Positions 1 through 14,707 of a DNA stretch of 64,000 nucleotides are shown here, one piece after another. A model generated the notes under the pieces. The model did not search any database and was not told the DNA's origin. It saw only the letters and a program-made list of their open reading frames with translations. Position 1 is the stretch's first letter; the number at the start of each line of letters is the position of its first letter. Source of the DNA: Eledone cirrhosa (Eukaryota). Location: positions 2,914,001 through 2,978,000 of the forward strand of contig OZ024759.1 in the NCBI GenBank assembly GCA_964016885.1. Reading direction: 5' to 3'. The position numbers and the translations under genes were made by a program.

Positions 1-306
1 ACATATGTGTGCGTATGTATGTATATATGTTTATACATATACGTGCGTGTATGGGCGTGTATATATGTACGCATGCATATATGTGTGTCTGTCTTAGACT
101 ATGGCAGATACTTTTACAAGCCACATAGTAGTTTTCTCACCAATGAATGAATGAATACAGCCAGTGGTCCCATTTGACTGGTCAAGGAAGGAGTGACACC
201 TCAAATTTTGAGCCAATGAGTAGACCACACAAACAGGATGACGTCAATTGCTGGGGATGAAACGGGCCGAATATTGTCAGTTGGAAGAAATGCCTTGAAA
301 ACGATA

Positions 307-400
307 AACATATCTGAGGACCTTGTGAATGCAGAGTCAGGTTCGATCTATAATAGATCCTGCCTTGAGCTGATCGTCAGAGAAACATATTTAATATGTT
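307..400 (+). ncRNA. Type I hammerhead-like motif with long stem II insertion
   Basis: aacatat-CTGAGGA-(61 nt)-GAAA-CATATT-TA-atatgtt. Perfect 7-bp stem I; stem III mismatched. Confidence 0.6.
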
Positions 401-609
401 AATAAGTTGTGTTTTAATGCTTTAATGCATCACTGGATTCCTCGTTATCTATAATATATATCTATATATATATATATATATATATATATAGCGTTGATGA
501 GTCTCAAAATTGTGTAGGACAAGAGGATATAGAGAGGGCTCACAGCCAAACTCGCACGTGGTGAAGAATCTGCTAAAAGCCAAACTTCTACGTAGTAAAA
601 AAATCTGCT

Positions 610-1218
610 GACCGTTGCTGGAGACGTATATAGTGGTAGAACACTGGAAGGTAATATCCGTAGTAGTAGAGCACTCATTCCATGGGACGAGTTAGGTAGA
701 AGTGGTTACACAACAGTTACTTCACCATACCGAGAACAATTGTTTCACCTTAGCGGATCCTCAGATCGTAATGGACATGGTCATACGGAACAGGAAGGAC
801 AACCGAACGAACGCGCATGCGCAGAAACGGTCACTTCACTCAGGCAATACTAAATTGCGTGCGAGAGGTGAAAGGGAGATAACTACAAAAGTCCGAAAGT
901 TTCTAGTTGATAAGAAAATTAGGATGTTGTAATTCAATCCGGAGCTTTGAAGTTATGTAAAAGGTGTTTCCAGACGTGTGGACAACGTGTGAAGAATTCA
1001 TTCCTTGAGTTTAGGCAATCGCTATTGCATAATCTCTTTAGAATTGCGTATGGCTTGGACTTAGTGATGGCTTTCCATTGAATGGAGTAGTTTATACTTG
1101 AGTCCCTGAGAGACCATACGTGGCTCGCGAGTTTCGTGGATGAACGTCTGTCCGGGTACCTAAAAGACGACTGGTGGTTCAGGAAGCGTTCCTTAAATCG
1201 GCCGTCCGCCATACCCAC
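610..1218 (-). mobile_element. PLE 3' fragment: GIY-YIG C-terminal half plus pLTR with hammerhead (725-774)
   Basis: ORF 934-1218 GMADGRFKERFLNHQSSF…TKLASHVWSL…NSRNEFFTRCPH. Minus strand reads CTGAGGA-tccgctaaggt-GAAAC-AATT-GTT. The pLTR recurs at about 29780-29920 and 40025-40155. Confidence 0.8.
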
Positions 1219-1229
1219 TAAAACTAGGA

Positions 1230-1440
1230 TACTCCTGCGCTAAGAACATGAAGGCCCACATCACCAACATCCCTAAGAAAAACATCCCACCAGGGTGCTC
1301 TTGCCGTAAGCCCGAAGCGTGTCCCCTTCAACAGCAATGCAACACACCCGCTGTAGTTTATGAAGCTGTGGTCACTTCCAACCGACCAAATCGACCACAG
1401 GAGGCCAATCCTATGTGGGCATGGCGGAGGGCCGATTCCT
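1230..1440 (+). mobile_element. PLE GIY-YIG N-terminal fragment, divergent from the previous fragment
   Basis: CSCRKPEACPLQQQCNTPAVVYEA…, frameshifted into YVGMAEGRF. Confidence 0.7.
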
Positions 1441-1749
1441 GATCAGCCAGATCTGCATATTAGCAGATCCACTGATGAGTCAGATTTGCATATCAGCAGA
1501 CTGGCCAGTCAGTTTCCTGTATACGAGCGATATATATATATATATATATATATATAGCGGCGATGAATTAGTTTTGCGAGGTTTTTTATATGAAATCGTG
1601 TGTCGAAACAGATATTGTTATATTTGGGGAGGGTCATATTTGCGTAATATATATATAAAAGACAGCGAGAAGCGAAAACCAACCAAACAGTGAGTGTGTT
1701 CTGTTATTAATTCTGGCAATATTACGCAAATATGACCCTCCCCAAATAT

Positions 1750-1754
<5 letters not shown>

Positions 1755-1822
<68 letters not shown>

Positions 1823-1844
1823 TATACACACACACACACACACA

Positions 1845-1909
<65 letters not shown>

Positions 1910-1917
1910 GCATATGT

Positions 1918-1988
<71 letters not shown>

Positions 1989-1990
1989 CA
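1755..1990. repeat. (TA)n/(CA)n microsatellite
   Basis: Directly visible. Confidence 0.95.
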
Positions 1991-2178
1991 CAGTTCAAGA
2001 GTAACCAATCTTAAAGAGAGAGATGGAGATAGGAGAGGAGTGATTGGTGAATTACAGATGAATACTGCTTGATTATGGCTGACAATTGATACACCCAGGA
2101 CACCATAGTGAAATACCAATATATGGAACATTACATTATGTAACATTCTCTCCTTATCTTAATTTATATTCCTTTCAA

Positions 2179-2297
2179 GTTCCGATGAGCCGCTCTGTTT
2201 TTAAATATGTTAATTATTTTCAACTGAACCAGATCAATAATGATATATAGTCATTTGATCCAGAAATATTATATGGAGTAGCGAAACAATTGTAAAC
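2179..2297 (+). ncRNA. Hammerhead-like motif, CCGATGA core, long stem II
   Basis: gtt-CCGATGA-gccgctctgt…atggagtagc-GAAA-CAATTG-TA-aac. Confidence 0.5.
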
Positions 2298-2439
2298 GGA
2301 CATTATTATTATTAATATTATTATTATTATTCTCTACATTCCTTACATCAAACTAAATATGTTGACAATCTTTTAATAATGTCTTCCTTGTGAAATTTGT
2401 GGTCTTGTTTTGCTTAACTAATGAATATATATATATCTA

Positions 2440-2482
<43 letters not shown>

Positions 2483-2509
2483 GTAATTTGAGTTTTTCGA
2501 ATATTAATA

Positions 2510-2630
2510 ATTGTTTCTACGTTAGGCACAAGGCCAGCAATAACCCAGTGTATTACTGGTACTTTATTTTATCGACCCCGTAAGGATGAAAGGCAAAGTC
2601 AACCTCGGCGGGATTTGAACTCAGATCGTA
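2510..2630 (-). mobile_element. SINE fragment; related pieces at about 3570-3720 (+) and 27345-27447 (+)
   Basis: Shared ctttgcctttcatcctt…ggggtcgata…gctggccttgtgcc…gtagaaacaatta core; B-box-like gagttcaaatcc. Confidence 0.65.
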
Positions 2631-2758
2631 AATTTTCGAATATTAATAATAACATTCGATTCGTTGGTCTGGTCGGTGAGGGTGATCAAGGTGATATATA
2701 TATATAGTGAAAGAGTGGAGAATAACATGGTCGGCTGTACAAAAAGGGTTTTATTTAC

Positions 2759-2866
2759 AGTATTAACAATTGTTTCATTGATCAGGTGAGTCTAAAGGCC
2801 GCTGATCACTCGAAGTTGCGTCACTCGACCTTAAGTGTGTGTCTCTAATCAAATCATTGGAATACT
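2759..2866 (-). ncRNA. Hammerhead-like motif, degenerate CCAATGA core, long stem II
   Basis: Minus strand reads agtatt-CCAATGA-tttgatta…tgatcaat-GAAA-CAATTG-TT-aatact, with a perfect 6-bp stem I. Confidence 0.5.
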
Positions 2867-2919
2867 AGAGGGTGTAACACATGGCATTGGTATTTATAGA
2901 TACATCGGTGGGAATATTC

Positions 2920-3530
2920 ATCATCATCATCATTTTACGTCCGCTTTTCCCTGCTTTCAAGGGTGGGACGGGTCCTATTCAGCACAGCATCTCTCCACTT
3001 GTCACAGTCCTTCATCATCTCCTCCGTGAGCTTCAGCAATCTGAGGTCTGCTCTCACCACCTCCGCCCATGTTTTTCATGGTCTTCCTCTACTACGTCTT
3101 CCTTCAACTGGCATTTCTTGGCACTTCATCACCCATCGGTCACCCTCCATGCGCATCACATGTCCATACCATCGCAGTCTCCTCTCCTACACACTACAAC
3201 TTATCTCTCTTAAACACAGTTTCTTTCTCAACACATCCATATATTCCCACCGTCACACCTCCACTCTGGTATCGTTAATCCCTATCCCCCATTACACCTA
3301 CCCCTTTCACTTACACCCACTCTATCAACCTCCTGAGAGGGTTGTGAGGATAGAGTCCTCAGACATTCTTTCCAGAGGGTCCTGTCAGAAGCCACTGTCT
3401 CCAACTGATCCAGCTGGATCCCAAGTGAGGCCAGCGAAGCTCATGGATGTTATGCATGGGTCCACCCCTGGGTCTCCTGTTGGTTTCTTCCGTAAAATCT
3501 GTCTCAACCTGTTGATTATTATCTATTATA
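2920..3530 (-). mobile_element. Decayed LINE 3'-end fragments
   Basis: Minus strand reads WYGHVMRMEGDRWVMKC…EGRRSRGRP*KTW, typical of non-LTR RT C-termini, and ends at a (CAT)n tail. Confidence 0.6.
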
Positions 3531-3763
3531 TAAGGTGGAATGACAATGTCGGTGGAGGGTCAGAGACCAAACTTTGCAGCATGGAGTGATGGCGCTTTAC
3601 CTTCTGGGTTCAAATCCCACATAGGTTAGCTTTGTCTTTCATATTTATGGGGTCGATAACATAAAGCACAAAAATACATTGGGGTAATCGCTGGCCTTGT
3701 ACCATAAGTAGAAACAATTATGCTATTTATTTAAATTTATATATTTGCATCATCTTCTAGCAG

Positions 3764-6700
3764 CATGTCTCACCCACTTCACCATATCTTTCTATATGTC
3801 TCACCACTTCACCCTACCTTTCTACATGTCTCACCCACTTCACCATACCTTTCTACATGTCTCACCCACTTCACCCTACCTTTCTACATGTCTCACCCAC
3901 TTCACCCTACCTTTCTATATGTCTCACCCACTTCACCCTACCTTTCTACATGTCTCACCCACTTCACCCTACCTTTCTACATGTCTCACCCACTTCACCT
4001 TATCTTTCTACATGTCTCACCCACTTCACCCTGCCTTTCTACATGTCTCACCCACTTCACCATATCTTTCTACATGTCTCACCTACTCCACCCTACCTTT
4101 CTACATGTCTCACCCACTTCACCATACCTTTCTACATGTCTCACCCACTTCACCCTACCTTTCTACATGTCTCACCCACTTCACGCTATCTTTCTATATG
4201 TCTCACCCACTTCACCCTACCTTTCTACATGTCTCACCCACTTCACCCTACCTTTCTACATGTCTCACCCACTTCACCCTACCTTTCTACATATCTCACC
4301 CACTTCACCTTATCTTTCTACATGTCTCACCTACTCCACCCTACCTTTCTACATGTATCACCCACTTCACCATATCTTTCTATATGTCTCACCTACTCCA
4401 CCCTACCTTTCTACATGTCTCACCCACTTCACCATACCTTTCTACATGTCTCACCCGCTTCACCCTACCTTTCTATATGACTCACCCACTTCACCATACC
4501 TTTCTACATGTCTCACCCACTTCACCCTACCTTTCTACATGTCTCACCCACTTCACCCTATCTTTCTACATGTCTCACCCACTTCACCCTACCTTTCTAC
4601 ATGTCTCACCCACTTCACCATACCTTTCTACATGTCTCACCCACTTCACCCTACCTTTCTACATGTCTCACCCACTTCACCATACCTTTCTACATGTCTC
4701 ACCCACTTCACCATATCTTTCTACATGTCTCACCCACTTCACTCTACCTTTCTACATGTCTCACCCACTTCACCCTACCTTTCTACATGTCTCACCCACT
4801 TCACCCTACCTTTCTACATGTCTCACCCACTTCACCATACCTTTCTACATGTCTCACCCACTTCACCCTACCTTTCTACATGTCTCACCCACTTCACCAT
4901 ACCTTTCTACATGTCTCACCCACTTCACCCTACCTTTCTACATGTCTCACCCACTTCACCATACCTTTCTACATGTCTCACCCACTTCACCCTACCTTTC
5001 TACATGTCTCACCCACTTCACCATACCTTTCTACATGTCTCACCCACTTCACCCTACCTTTCTACATGTCTCACTCACTTCACCATACCTTTCTACATGT
5101 CTCACCCACTTCACCCTACCTTTCTACATGTCTCACCCACTACACCCTACCTTTCTACATGTCTCACCCACTTCACCATACCTTTCTACATGTCTCACCC
5201 ACTTCACCATACCTTTCTACATGTCTCACCCACTTCACCATACCTTTCTACACGTCTCACCCACTTCACCCTACCTTTCTACATGTCTCACCCACTTCAC
5301 CATACCTTTCTACATGTCTCACCCACTTCACCATACCTTTCTACATGTCTCACCCACTTCACCATACCTTTCTACATGTCTCACCCACTTCACCCTACCT
5401 TTCTACATGTCTCACCCACTTCACCCTACCTTTCTACATGTCTCACCCACTTCACCATACCTTTCTACATGTCTCACCCTCTTCACCCTACCTTTCTACA
5501 TGTCTCACCCACTACACCCTACCTTTCTACATGTCTCACCCACTTCACCATACCTTTCTACATGTCTCACCCACTCCACCATACCTTTCTACACGTCTCA
5601 CCCACTTCACCATATCTTTCTACATGTCTCACCCACTTCACCCTATCTTTCTACATGTCTCACCCACTTCACCATACCTTTCTACATGTCTCACCCACTT
5701 CACCCTACCTTTCTACATGTCTCACCCACTTCACACTACCTTTCTACATGTCTCACTCACTACACCCTACCTTTCTACATGTCTCACCCACTTCACCATA
5801 CCTTTCTACATGTCTCACCGACTTCACCATATCTTTCTACATGTCTCACCCACTCCACCATACCTTTCTACACGTCTCACCCACTTCACCATATCTTTCT
5901 ACATGTCTCACCCACTTCACCCTACCTTTCTACATGTCTCACCCACTTCACCCTACCTTTCTACATGTCTCACCCACTTCACACTACCTTTCTACATGTC
6001 TCACCCACTACACCCTACCTTTCTACATGTCTCACCCACTTCACACTACCTTTCTACATGTCTCACCCACTACACCCTACCTTTCTACATGTCTCAACCA
6101 CTTCACCCTACCTTTCTACATGTCTCATCCACTACACCCTACTTTTCTACATGTCTCACCCACTTCACCATACCTTTCTACATGTCTCACCCACTTCACC
6201 ATATCTTTCTACATGTCTCACCCACTCCACCATATCTTTCTACATGTCTCACCCACTTCACCATATCTTTCTACATGTCTCACCCACTCCACCATACCTT
6301 TCTACACGTCTCACCCACTTCACCATATCTTTCTACATGTCTCACCCACTCCACCATATCTTTCTACATGTCTCACCCACTTCACCATATCTTTCTACAT
6401 GTATCACCCACTCCACCATATCTTTCTACATGTCTCACCCACTTCACCATACCTTTCTACATGTCTCACCCACTTCACCCTACCTTTCTACATGTCTCAC
6501 CCACTACACCGTACCTTTCTACATGTCTCACCCACTCCACCATACCTTTCTACACGTCTCACCCACTTCACCATATCTTTCTACATGTCTCACCCACTTC
6601 ACCATACCTTTCTACATGTCTCACCCACTCCACCATACCTTTCTACACGTCTCACCCACTTCACCATATCTTTCTACATGTCTCACCCACTTCACCCTAC

Positions 6701-9700
6701 CTTTCTACATGTCTCACCCACTTCACCCTACCTTTCTACATGTCTCACCCACTTCACACTACCTTTCTACATGTCTCACCCACTACACCCTACCTTTCTA
6801 CATGTCTCACCCACTTCACACTACCTTTCTACATGTCTCACCCACTACACCCTACCTTTCTACATGTCTCACCCACTTCACACTACCTTTCTACATGTCT
6901 CACCCACTACACCCTACCTTTCTACATGTCTCACCCACTTCACACTACCTTTCTACATGTCTCACCCACTACACCCTACCTTTCTACATGTCTCAACCAC
7001 TTCACCCTACCTTTCTACATGTCTCATCCACTACACCCTACTTTTCTACATGTCTCACCCACTTCACCATACCTTTCCACATGTCTCACCCACTTCACCA
7101 TATCTTTCTACATGTCTCACCCACTCCACCATATCTTTCTACATGTCTCACCCACTTCACCATATCTTTCTACATGTCTCACCCACTCCACCATACCTTT
7201 CTACACGTCTCACCCACTTCACCATATCTTTCTACATGTCTCACCCACTCCACCATATCTTTCTACATGTCTCACCCACTTCACCATATCTTTCTACATG
7301 TATCACCCACTCCACTATATCTTTCTACATGTCTCACCCACTTCACCATACCTTTCTACATGTCTCACCCACTTCACCCTACCTTTCTACATGTCTCACC
7401 CACTACACCCTACCTTTCTACATGTCTCACCCACTCCACCATACCTTTCTACACGTCTCACCCACTTCACCATATCTTTCTACATGTCTCACCCACTTCA
7501 CCATACCTTTCTACATGTCTCACCCACTCCACCATACCTTTCTACACGTCTCACCCACTTCACCATATCTTTCTACATGTCTCACCCACTTCACCCTACC
7601 TTTCTACATGTCTCACCCACTACACCCTACCTTTCTACATGTCTCACCCACTTCACACTACCTTTCTACATGTCTCACCCACTACACCCTACCTTTCTAC
7701 ATGTCTCACCCACTTCACCCTACCTTTCTACATGTCTCACCCACTACACCCTACTTTTCTACATGTCTCACCCACTTCACCATACCTTTCTACATGTCTC
7801 ACCCACTTCACCATATCTTTCTACATGTCTCACCCACTCCACCCTACCTTTCTACATGTCTCACCCACTTCACCATATCTTTCTACATGTCTCACACACT
7901 CCACCATACCTTTCTGCACGTCTCACCCACTTCACCATATCTTTCTACATGTCTCACCCACACCACCATATCTTTCTACATGTCTCACCCACTTCACCAT
8001 ATCTTTCTACATGTCTCACCCACTCCACCATATCTTTCTACATGTCTCACCCACTTCACCCTACCTTTCTACATCTCTCACCCACTTCACCATACCTTTC
8101 TACATGTCTCACCCACTTCACCCTACCTTTCTACATGTCTCACCCACTACACCCTACCTTTCTACATGTCTCACCCACTCCACCATACCTTTCTACACGT
8201 CTCACCCACTTCACCATATCTTTCTACATGTCTCACCCACTTCACCATACCTTTCTACATGACTCACCCACTCCACCATACCTTTCTACACGTCTCACCC
8301 ACTTCACCATATCTTTCTACATGTCTCACCCACTTCACCCTACCTTTCTACATGTCTCACCCACTTCACCATATCTTTCTACATGTCTCACCCACTTCAC
8401 CCTACCTTTCTACATGTCTCACCCACTTCACCATACCTTTCTACATGTCTCACCCACTTCACCCTACCTTTCTACATGTCTCACCCACTACACCCTACCT
8501 TTCTACATGTCTCACCCACTTCACTATACCTTTCTACATGTCTCACCCACTCCACCATACCTTTCTACACGTCTCACCCACTTCACCATATCTTTCTACA
8601 TGTCTCACCCACTTCAGCCTATCTTTCTACATGTCTCACCCACTTCACCATACCTTTATACATGTCTCACCCACTTCACCCTACCTTTCTACATGTCTCA
8701 CCCACTTCACACTACCTTTCTACATGTCTCACCCACTACACCCTACCTTTCTACATGTCTCACCCACTTCACCATACCTTTCTACATGTCTCACCCACTT
8801 CACCATATCTTTCTACATGTCTCACCCACTCCACCATACCTTTCTACACGTCTCACCCACTTCACCATATATTTCTACATGTCTCACCCACTTGACCCTA
8901 CCTTTCTACATGTCTCACCCACTTCACCCTACCTTTCTACATGTCTCACCCACTTCACACTACCTTTCTACATGTCTCACCCACTACACCCTACCTTTCT
9001 ACATGTCTCACCCACTTCACACTACCTTTCTACATGTCTCACCCACTTCACCATACCTTTCTACATGTCTCACCCACTTCACCCTACCTTTCTACATGTC
9101 TCACCCACTACACCCTACTTTTCTACATGTCTCACCCACTTCACCATACCTTTCTACATGTCTCACCCACTTCACCATATCTTTCTACATGTCTCACCGA
9201 CTTCACCATATCTTTCTACATGTCTCACCCACTCCACCATACCTTTCTACACGTCTCACCCACTTCACCATATCTTTCTACATGTCTCACCCACTTCACC
9301 CTACCTTTCTACATGTCTCACCCACTTCACCCTACCTTTCTACATGTCTCACCCACTTCACACTACCTTTCTACATGTCTCACCCACTACACCCTACCTT
9401 TCTACATGTCTCACCCACTTCACACTACCTTTCTACATGTCTCACCCACTACACCCTACCTTTCTACATGTCTCAACCACTTCACCCTACCTTTCTACAT
9501 GTCTCATCCACTACACCCTACTTTTCTACATGTCTCACCCACTTCACCAGACCTTTCTACATGTCTCACCCACTTCACCATATCTTTCTACATGTCTCAC
9601 CCACTCCACCATATCTTTCTACATGTCTCACCCACTTCACCATATCTTTCTACATGTCTCACCCACTCCACCATACCTTTCTACACGTCTCACCCACTTC

Positions 9701-12700
9701 ACCATATCTTTCTACATGTCTCACCCACTCCACCATATCTTTCTACATGTCTCACCCACTTCACCATATCTTTCTACATGTATCACCCACTCCACCATAT
9801 CTTTCTACATGTCTCACCCACTTCACCATACCTTTCTACATGTCTCACCCACTTCACCCTACCTTTCTACATGTCTCACCCACTACACCCTACCTTTCTA
9901 CATGTCTCACCCACTCCACCATACCTTTCTACACGTCTCACCCACTTCACCATATCTTTCTACATGTCTCACCCACTTCACCATACCTTTCTACATGTCT
10001 CACCCACTCCACCATACCTTTCTACACGTCTCACCCACTTCACCATATCTTTCTACATGTCTCACCCACTTCACCCTACCTTTCTACATGTCTCACCCAC
10101 TTCACCCTACCTTTCTACATGTCTCACCCACTTCACACTACCTTTCTACATGTCTCACCCACTACACCCTACCTTTCTACATGTCTCACCCACTTCACAC
10201 TACCTTTCTACATGTCTCACCCACTACACCCTACCTTTCTACATGTCTCACCCACTTCACACTACCTTTCTACATGTCTCACCCACTACACCCTACCTTT
10301 CTACATGTCTCACCCACTTCACACTACCTTTCTACATGTCTCACCCACTACACCCTACCTTTCTACATGTCTCAACCACTTCACCCTACCTTTCTACATG
10401 TCTCATCCACTACACCCTACTTTTCTACATGTCTCACCCACTTCACCATACCTTTCCACATGTCTCACCCACTTCACCATATCTTTCTACATGTCTCACC
10501 CACTCCACCATATCTTTCTACATGTCTCACCCACTTCACCATATCTTTCTACATGTCTCACCCACTCCACCATACCTTTCTACACGTCTCACCCACTTCA
10601 CCATATCTTTCTACATGTCTCACCCACTCCACCATATCTTTCTACATGTCTCACCCACTTCACCATATCTTTCTACATGTATCACCCACTCCACCATATC
10701 TTTCTACATGTCTCACCCACTTCACCATACCTTTCTACATGTCTCACCCACTTCACCCTACCTTTCTACATGTCTCACCCACTACACCCTACCTTTCTAC
10801 ATGTCTCACCCACTCCACCATACCTTTCTACACGTCTCACCCACTTCACCATATCTTTCTACATGTCTCACCCACTTCACCATACCTTTCTACATGTCTC
10901 ACCCACTCCACCATACCTTTCTACACGTCTCACCCACTTCACCATATCTTTCTACATGTCTCACCCACTTCACCCTACCTTTCTACATGTCTCACCCACT
11001 ACACCCTACCTTTCTACATGTCTCACCCACTTCACACTACCTTTCTACATGTCTCACCCACTACACCCTACCTTTCTACATGTCTCACCCACTTCACCCT
11101 ACCTTTCTACATGTCTCACCCACTACACCCTACTTTTCTACATGTCTCACCCACTTCACCATACCTTTCTACATGTCTCACCCACTTCACCATATCTTTC
11201 TACATGTCTCACCCACTCCACCCTACCTTTCTACATGTCTCACCCACTTCACCATATCTTTCTACATGTCTCACACACTCCACCATACCTTTCTGCACGT
11301 CTCACCCACTTCACCATATCTTTCTACATGTCTCACCCACACCACCATATCTTTCTACATGTCTCACCCACTTCACCATATCTTTCTACATGTCTCACCC
11401 ACTCCACCATATCTTTCTACATGTCTCACCCACTTCACCCTACCTTTCTACATCTCTCACCCACTTCACCATACCTTTCTACATGTCTCACCCACTTCAC
11501 CCTACCTTTCTACATGTCTCACCCACTACACCCTACCTTTCTACATGTCTCACCCACTCCACCATACCTTTCTACACGTCTCACCCACTTCACCATATCT
11601 TTCTACATGTCTCACCCACTTCACCATACCTTTCTACATGACTCACCCACTCCACCATACCTTTCTACACGTCTCACCCACTTCACCATATCTTTCTACA
11701 TGTCTCACCCACTTCACCCTACCTTTCTACATGTCTCACCCACTTCACCATATCTTTCTACATGTCTCACCCACTTCACCCTACCTTTCTACATGTCTCA
11801 CCCACTTCACCATACCTTTCTACATGTCTCACCCACTTCACCCTACCTTTCTACATGTCTCACCCACTACACCCTACCTTTCTACATGTCTCACCCACTT
11901 CACTATACCTTTCTACATGTCTCACCCACTCCACCATACCTTTCTACACGTCTCACCCACTTCACCATATCTTTCTACATGTCTCACCCACTTCACCCTA
12001 TCTTTCTACATGTCTCACCCACTTCACCATACCTTTATACATGTCTCACCCACTTCACCCTACCTTTCTACATGTCTCACCCACTTCACACTACCTTTCT
12101 ACATGTCTCACCCACTACACCCTACCTTTCTACATGTCTCACCCACTTCACCATACCTTTCTACATGTCTCACCCACTTCACCATATCTTTCTACATGTC
12201 TCACCCACTCCACCATACCTTTCTACACGTCTCACCCACTTCACCATATATTTCTACATGTCTCACCCACTTGACCCTACCTTTCTACATGTCTCACCCA
12301 CTTCACCCTACCTTTCTACATGTCTCACCCACTTCACACTACCTTTCTACATGTCTCACCCACTACACCCTACCTTTCTACATGTCTCACCCACTTCACA
12401 CTACCTTTCTACATGTCTCACCCACTTCACCATACCTTTCTACATGTCTCACCCACTTCACCCTACCTTTCTACATGTCTCACCCACTACACCCTACTTT
12501 TCTACATGTCTCACCCACTTCACCATACCTTTCTACATGTCTCACCCACTTCACCATATCTTTCTACATGTCTCACCCACTTCACACTACCTTTCTACAT
12601 GTCTCACCCACTCCACCATACCTTTCTACACGTCTCACCCACTTCACCATATCTTTCTACATGTCTCACCCACTTCACCATACCTTTCTACATGTCTCAC

Positions 12701-14702
12701 CCACTCCACCATACCTTTCTACACGTCTCACCCACTTCACCATATCTTTCTACATGTCTCACCCACTTCACCCTACCTTTCTACATGTCTCACCCACTTC
12801 ACCATATCTTTCTACATGTCTCACCCACTTCACCCTACCTTTCTACATGTCTCACCCACTTCACCATATCTTTCTACATGTCTCACCCACTTCACCCTAC
12901 CTTTCTACATGTCTCACCCACTTCACCCTACCTTTCTACATGTCTCACCCACTTCACCCTACCTTTCTACATGTCTCACCCACTTCACCCTACCTTTCTA
13001 CATGTCTCCCCACTTCACCATACCTTTCTACATGTCTCACCCACTCCACCATACCTTTCTACACGTCTCACCCACTTCACCCTACCTTTCTACATGTCTC
13101 ACCCACTTCACCATACCTTTCTACATGTCTCACCCACTCCACCATACCTTTCTACATGTCTCACCCACTCCACCATATCTTTCTACATGTCTCACCCACT
13201 CACCCTACCTTTCTACATGTCTCACCCACTTCACCCTACCTTTCTACATGTCTCACCCACTTCACCCTACCTTTCTACATGTCTCACCCACTTCACCCTA
13301 CCTTTCTACATGTCTCACCCACTCCACCATACCTTTCTACATGTCTCACCCACTTCACCATATCTTTCTACATGTCTCACCCACTCCACCATATCTTTCT
13401 ACATGTCTCACCCACTTCACACTACCTTTCTACATGTCTCACCCACTCCACCATACCTTTCTACACGTCTCACCCACTTCACCATATCTTTCTACATGTC
13501 TCACCCACTTCACCCTACCTTTCTACATGTCTCACCCACTTCACCATACCTTTATACATGTCTCACCCACTTCACCCTACCTTTCTACATGTCTCACCCA
13601 CTACACCCTACTTTTCTACATGTCTCACCCACTTCACCATACCTTTCTACATGTCTCACCCACTTCACCATATCTTTCTACATGTCTCACCCACTCCACC
13701 ATATCTTTCTACATGTCTCACCCACTTCACACTACCTTTCTACATGTCTCACCCACTCCACCATACCTTTCTACACGTCTCACCCACTTCACCATATCTT
13801 TCTACATGTCTCACCCACTTCCCCATACCTTTCTACATGTCTCACCCACTCCACCATACCTTTCTACACGTCTCACCCACTTCACCATATCTTTCTACAT
13901 GTCTCACCCACTTCACCCTACCTTTCTACATGTCTCACCCACTTCACCATATCTTTCTACATGTCTCACCCACTTCACCCTACCTTTCTACATGTCTCAC
14001 CCACTTCACCATATCTTTCTACATGTCTCACCCACTTCACCCTACCTTTCTACATGTCTCACCCACTTCACCCTACCTTTCTACATGTCTCACCCACTTC
14101 ACCCTACCTTTCTACATGTCTCACCCACTTCACCCTACCTTTCTACATGTCTCCCCACTTCACCATACCTTTCTACATGTCTCACCCACTCCACCATACC
14201 TTTCTACACGTCTCACCCACTTCACCCTACCTTTCTACATGTCTCACCCACTTCACCATACCTTTCTACATGTCTCACCCACTCCACCATACCTTTCTAC
14301 ATGTCTCACCCACTCCACCATATCTTTCTACATGTCTCACCCACTCACCCTACCTTTCTACATGTCTCACCCACTTAACCCTACCTTTCTACATGTCTCA
14401 CCCACTTCACCCTACCTTTCTACATGTCTCACCCACTTCACCCTACCTTTCTACATGTCTCACCCACTTCACCCTACCTTTCTACATGTCTCACCCACTC
14501 CACCATACCTTTCTACATGTCTCACCCACTTCACCATATCTTTCTACATGTCTCACCCACTCCACCATATCTTTCTACATGTCTCACCCACTTCACACTA
14601 CCTTTCTACATGTCTCACCCACTCCACCATACCTTTCTACACGTCTCACCCACTTCACCATATCTTTCTACATGTCTCACCCACTTCACCCTACCTTTCT
14701 AC
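3764..14702 (+). repeat. 31-bp tandem satellite, about 350 copies (catgtctcacccacttcaccctacctttcta)
   Basis: 31-bp periodicity is directly visible. It produces the 1505-3537 aa pseudo-ORFs in all three + frames. Confidence 0.98.
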
Positions 14703-14707
14703 TGCAG

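Noticed and set aside
1440-1520. CTGATGA at 1472 as a hammerhead
   Set aside because: There is no downstream GAAA, stem III or closing stem I. It is only a short duplicated gcatat(t/c)agcaga motif.
3764-14702. CRISPR-like array (31-bp repeats)
   Set aside because: The repeats are head-to-tail with no unique spacers, there are no cas genes, and the context is eukaryotic.
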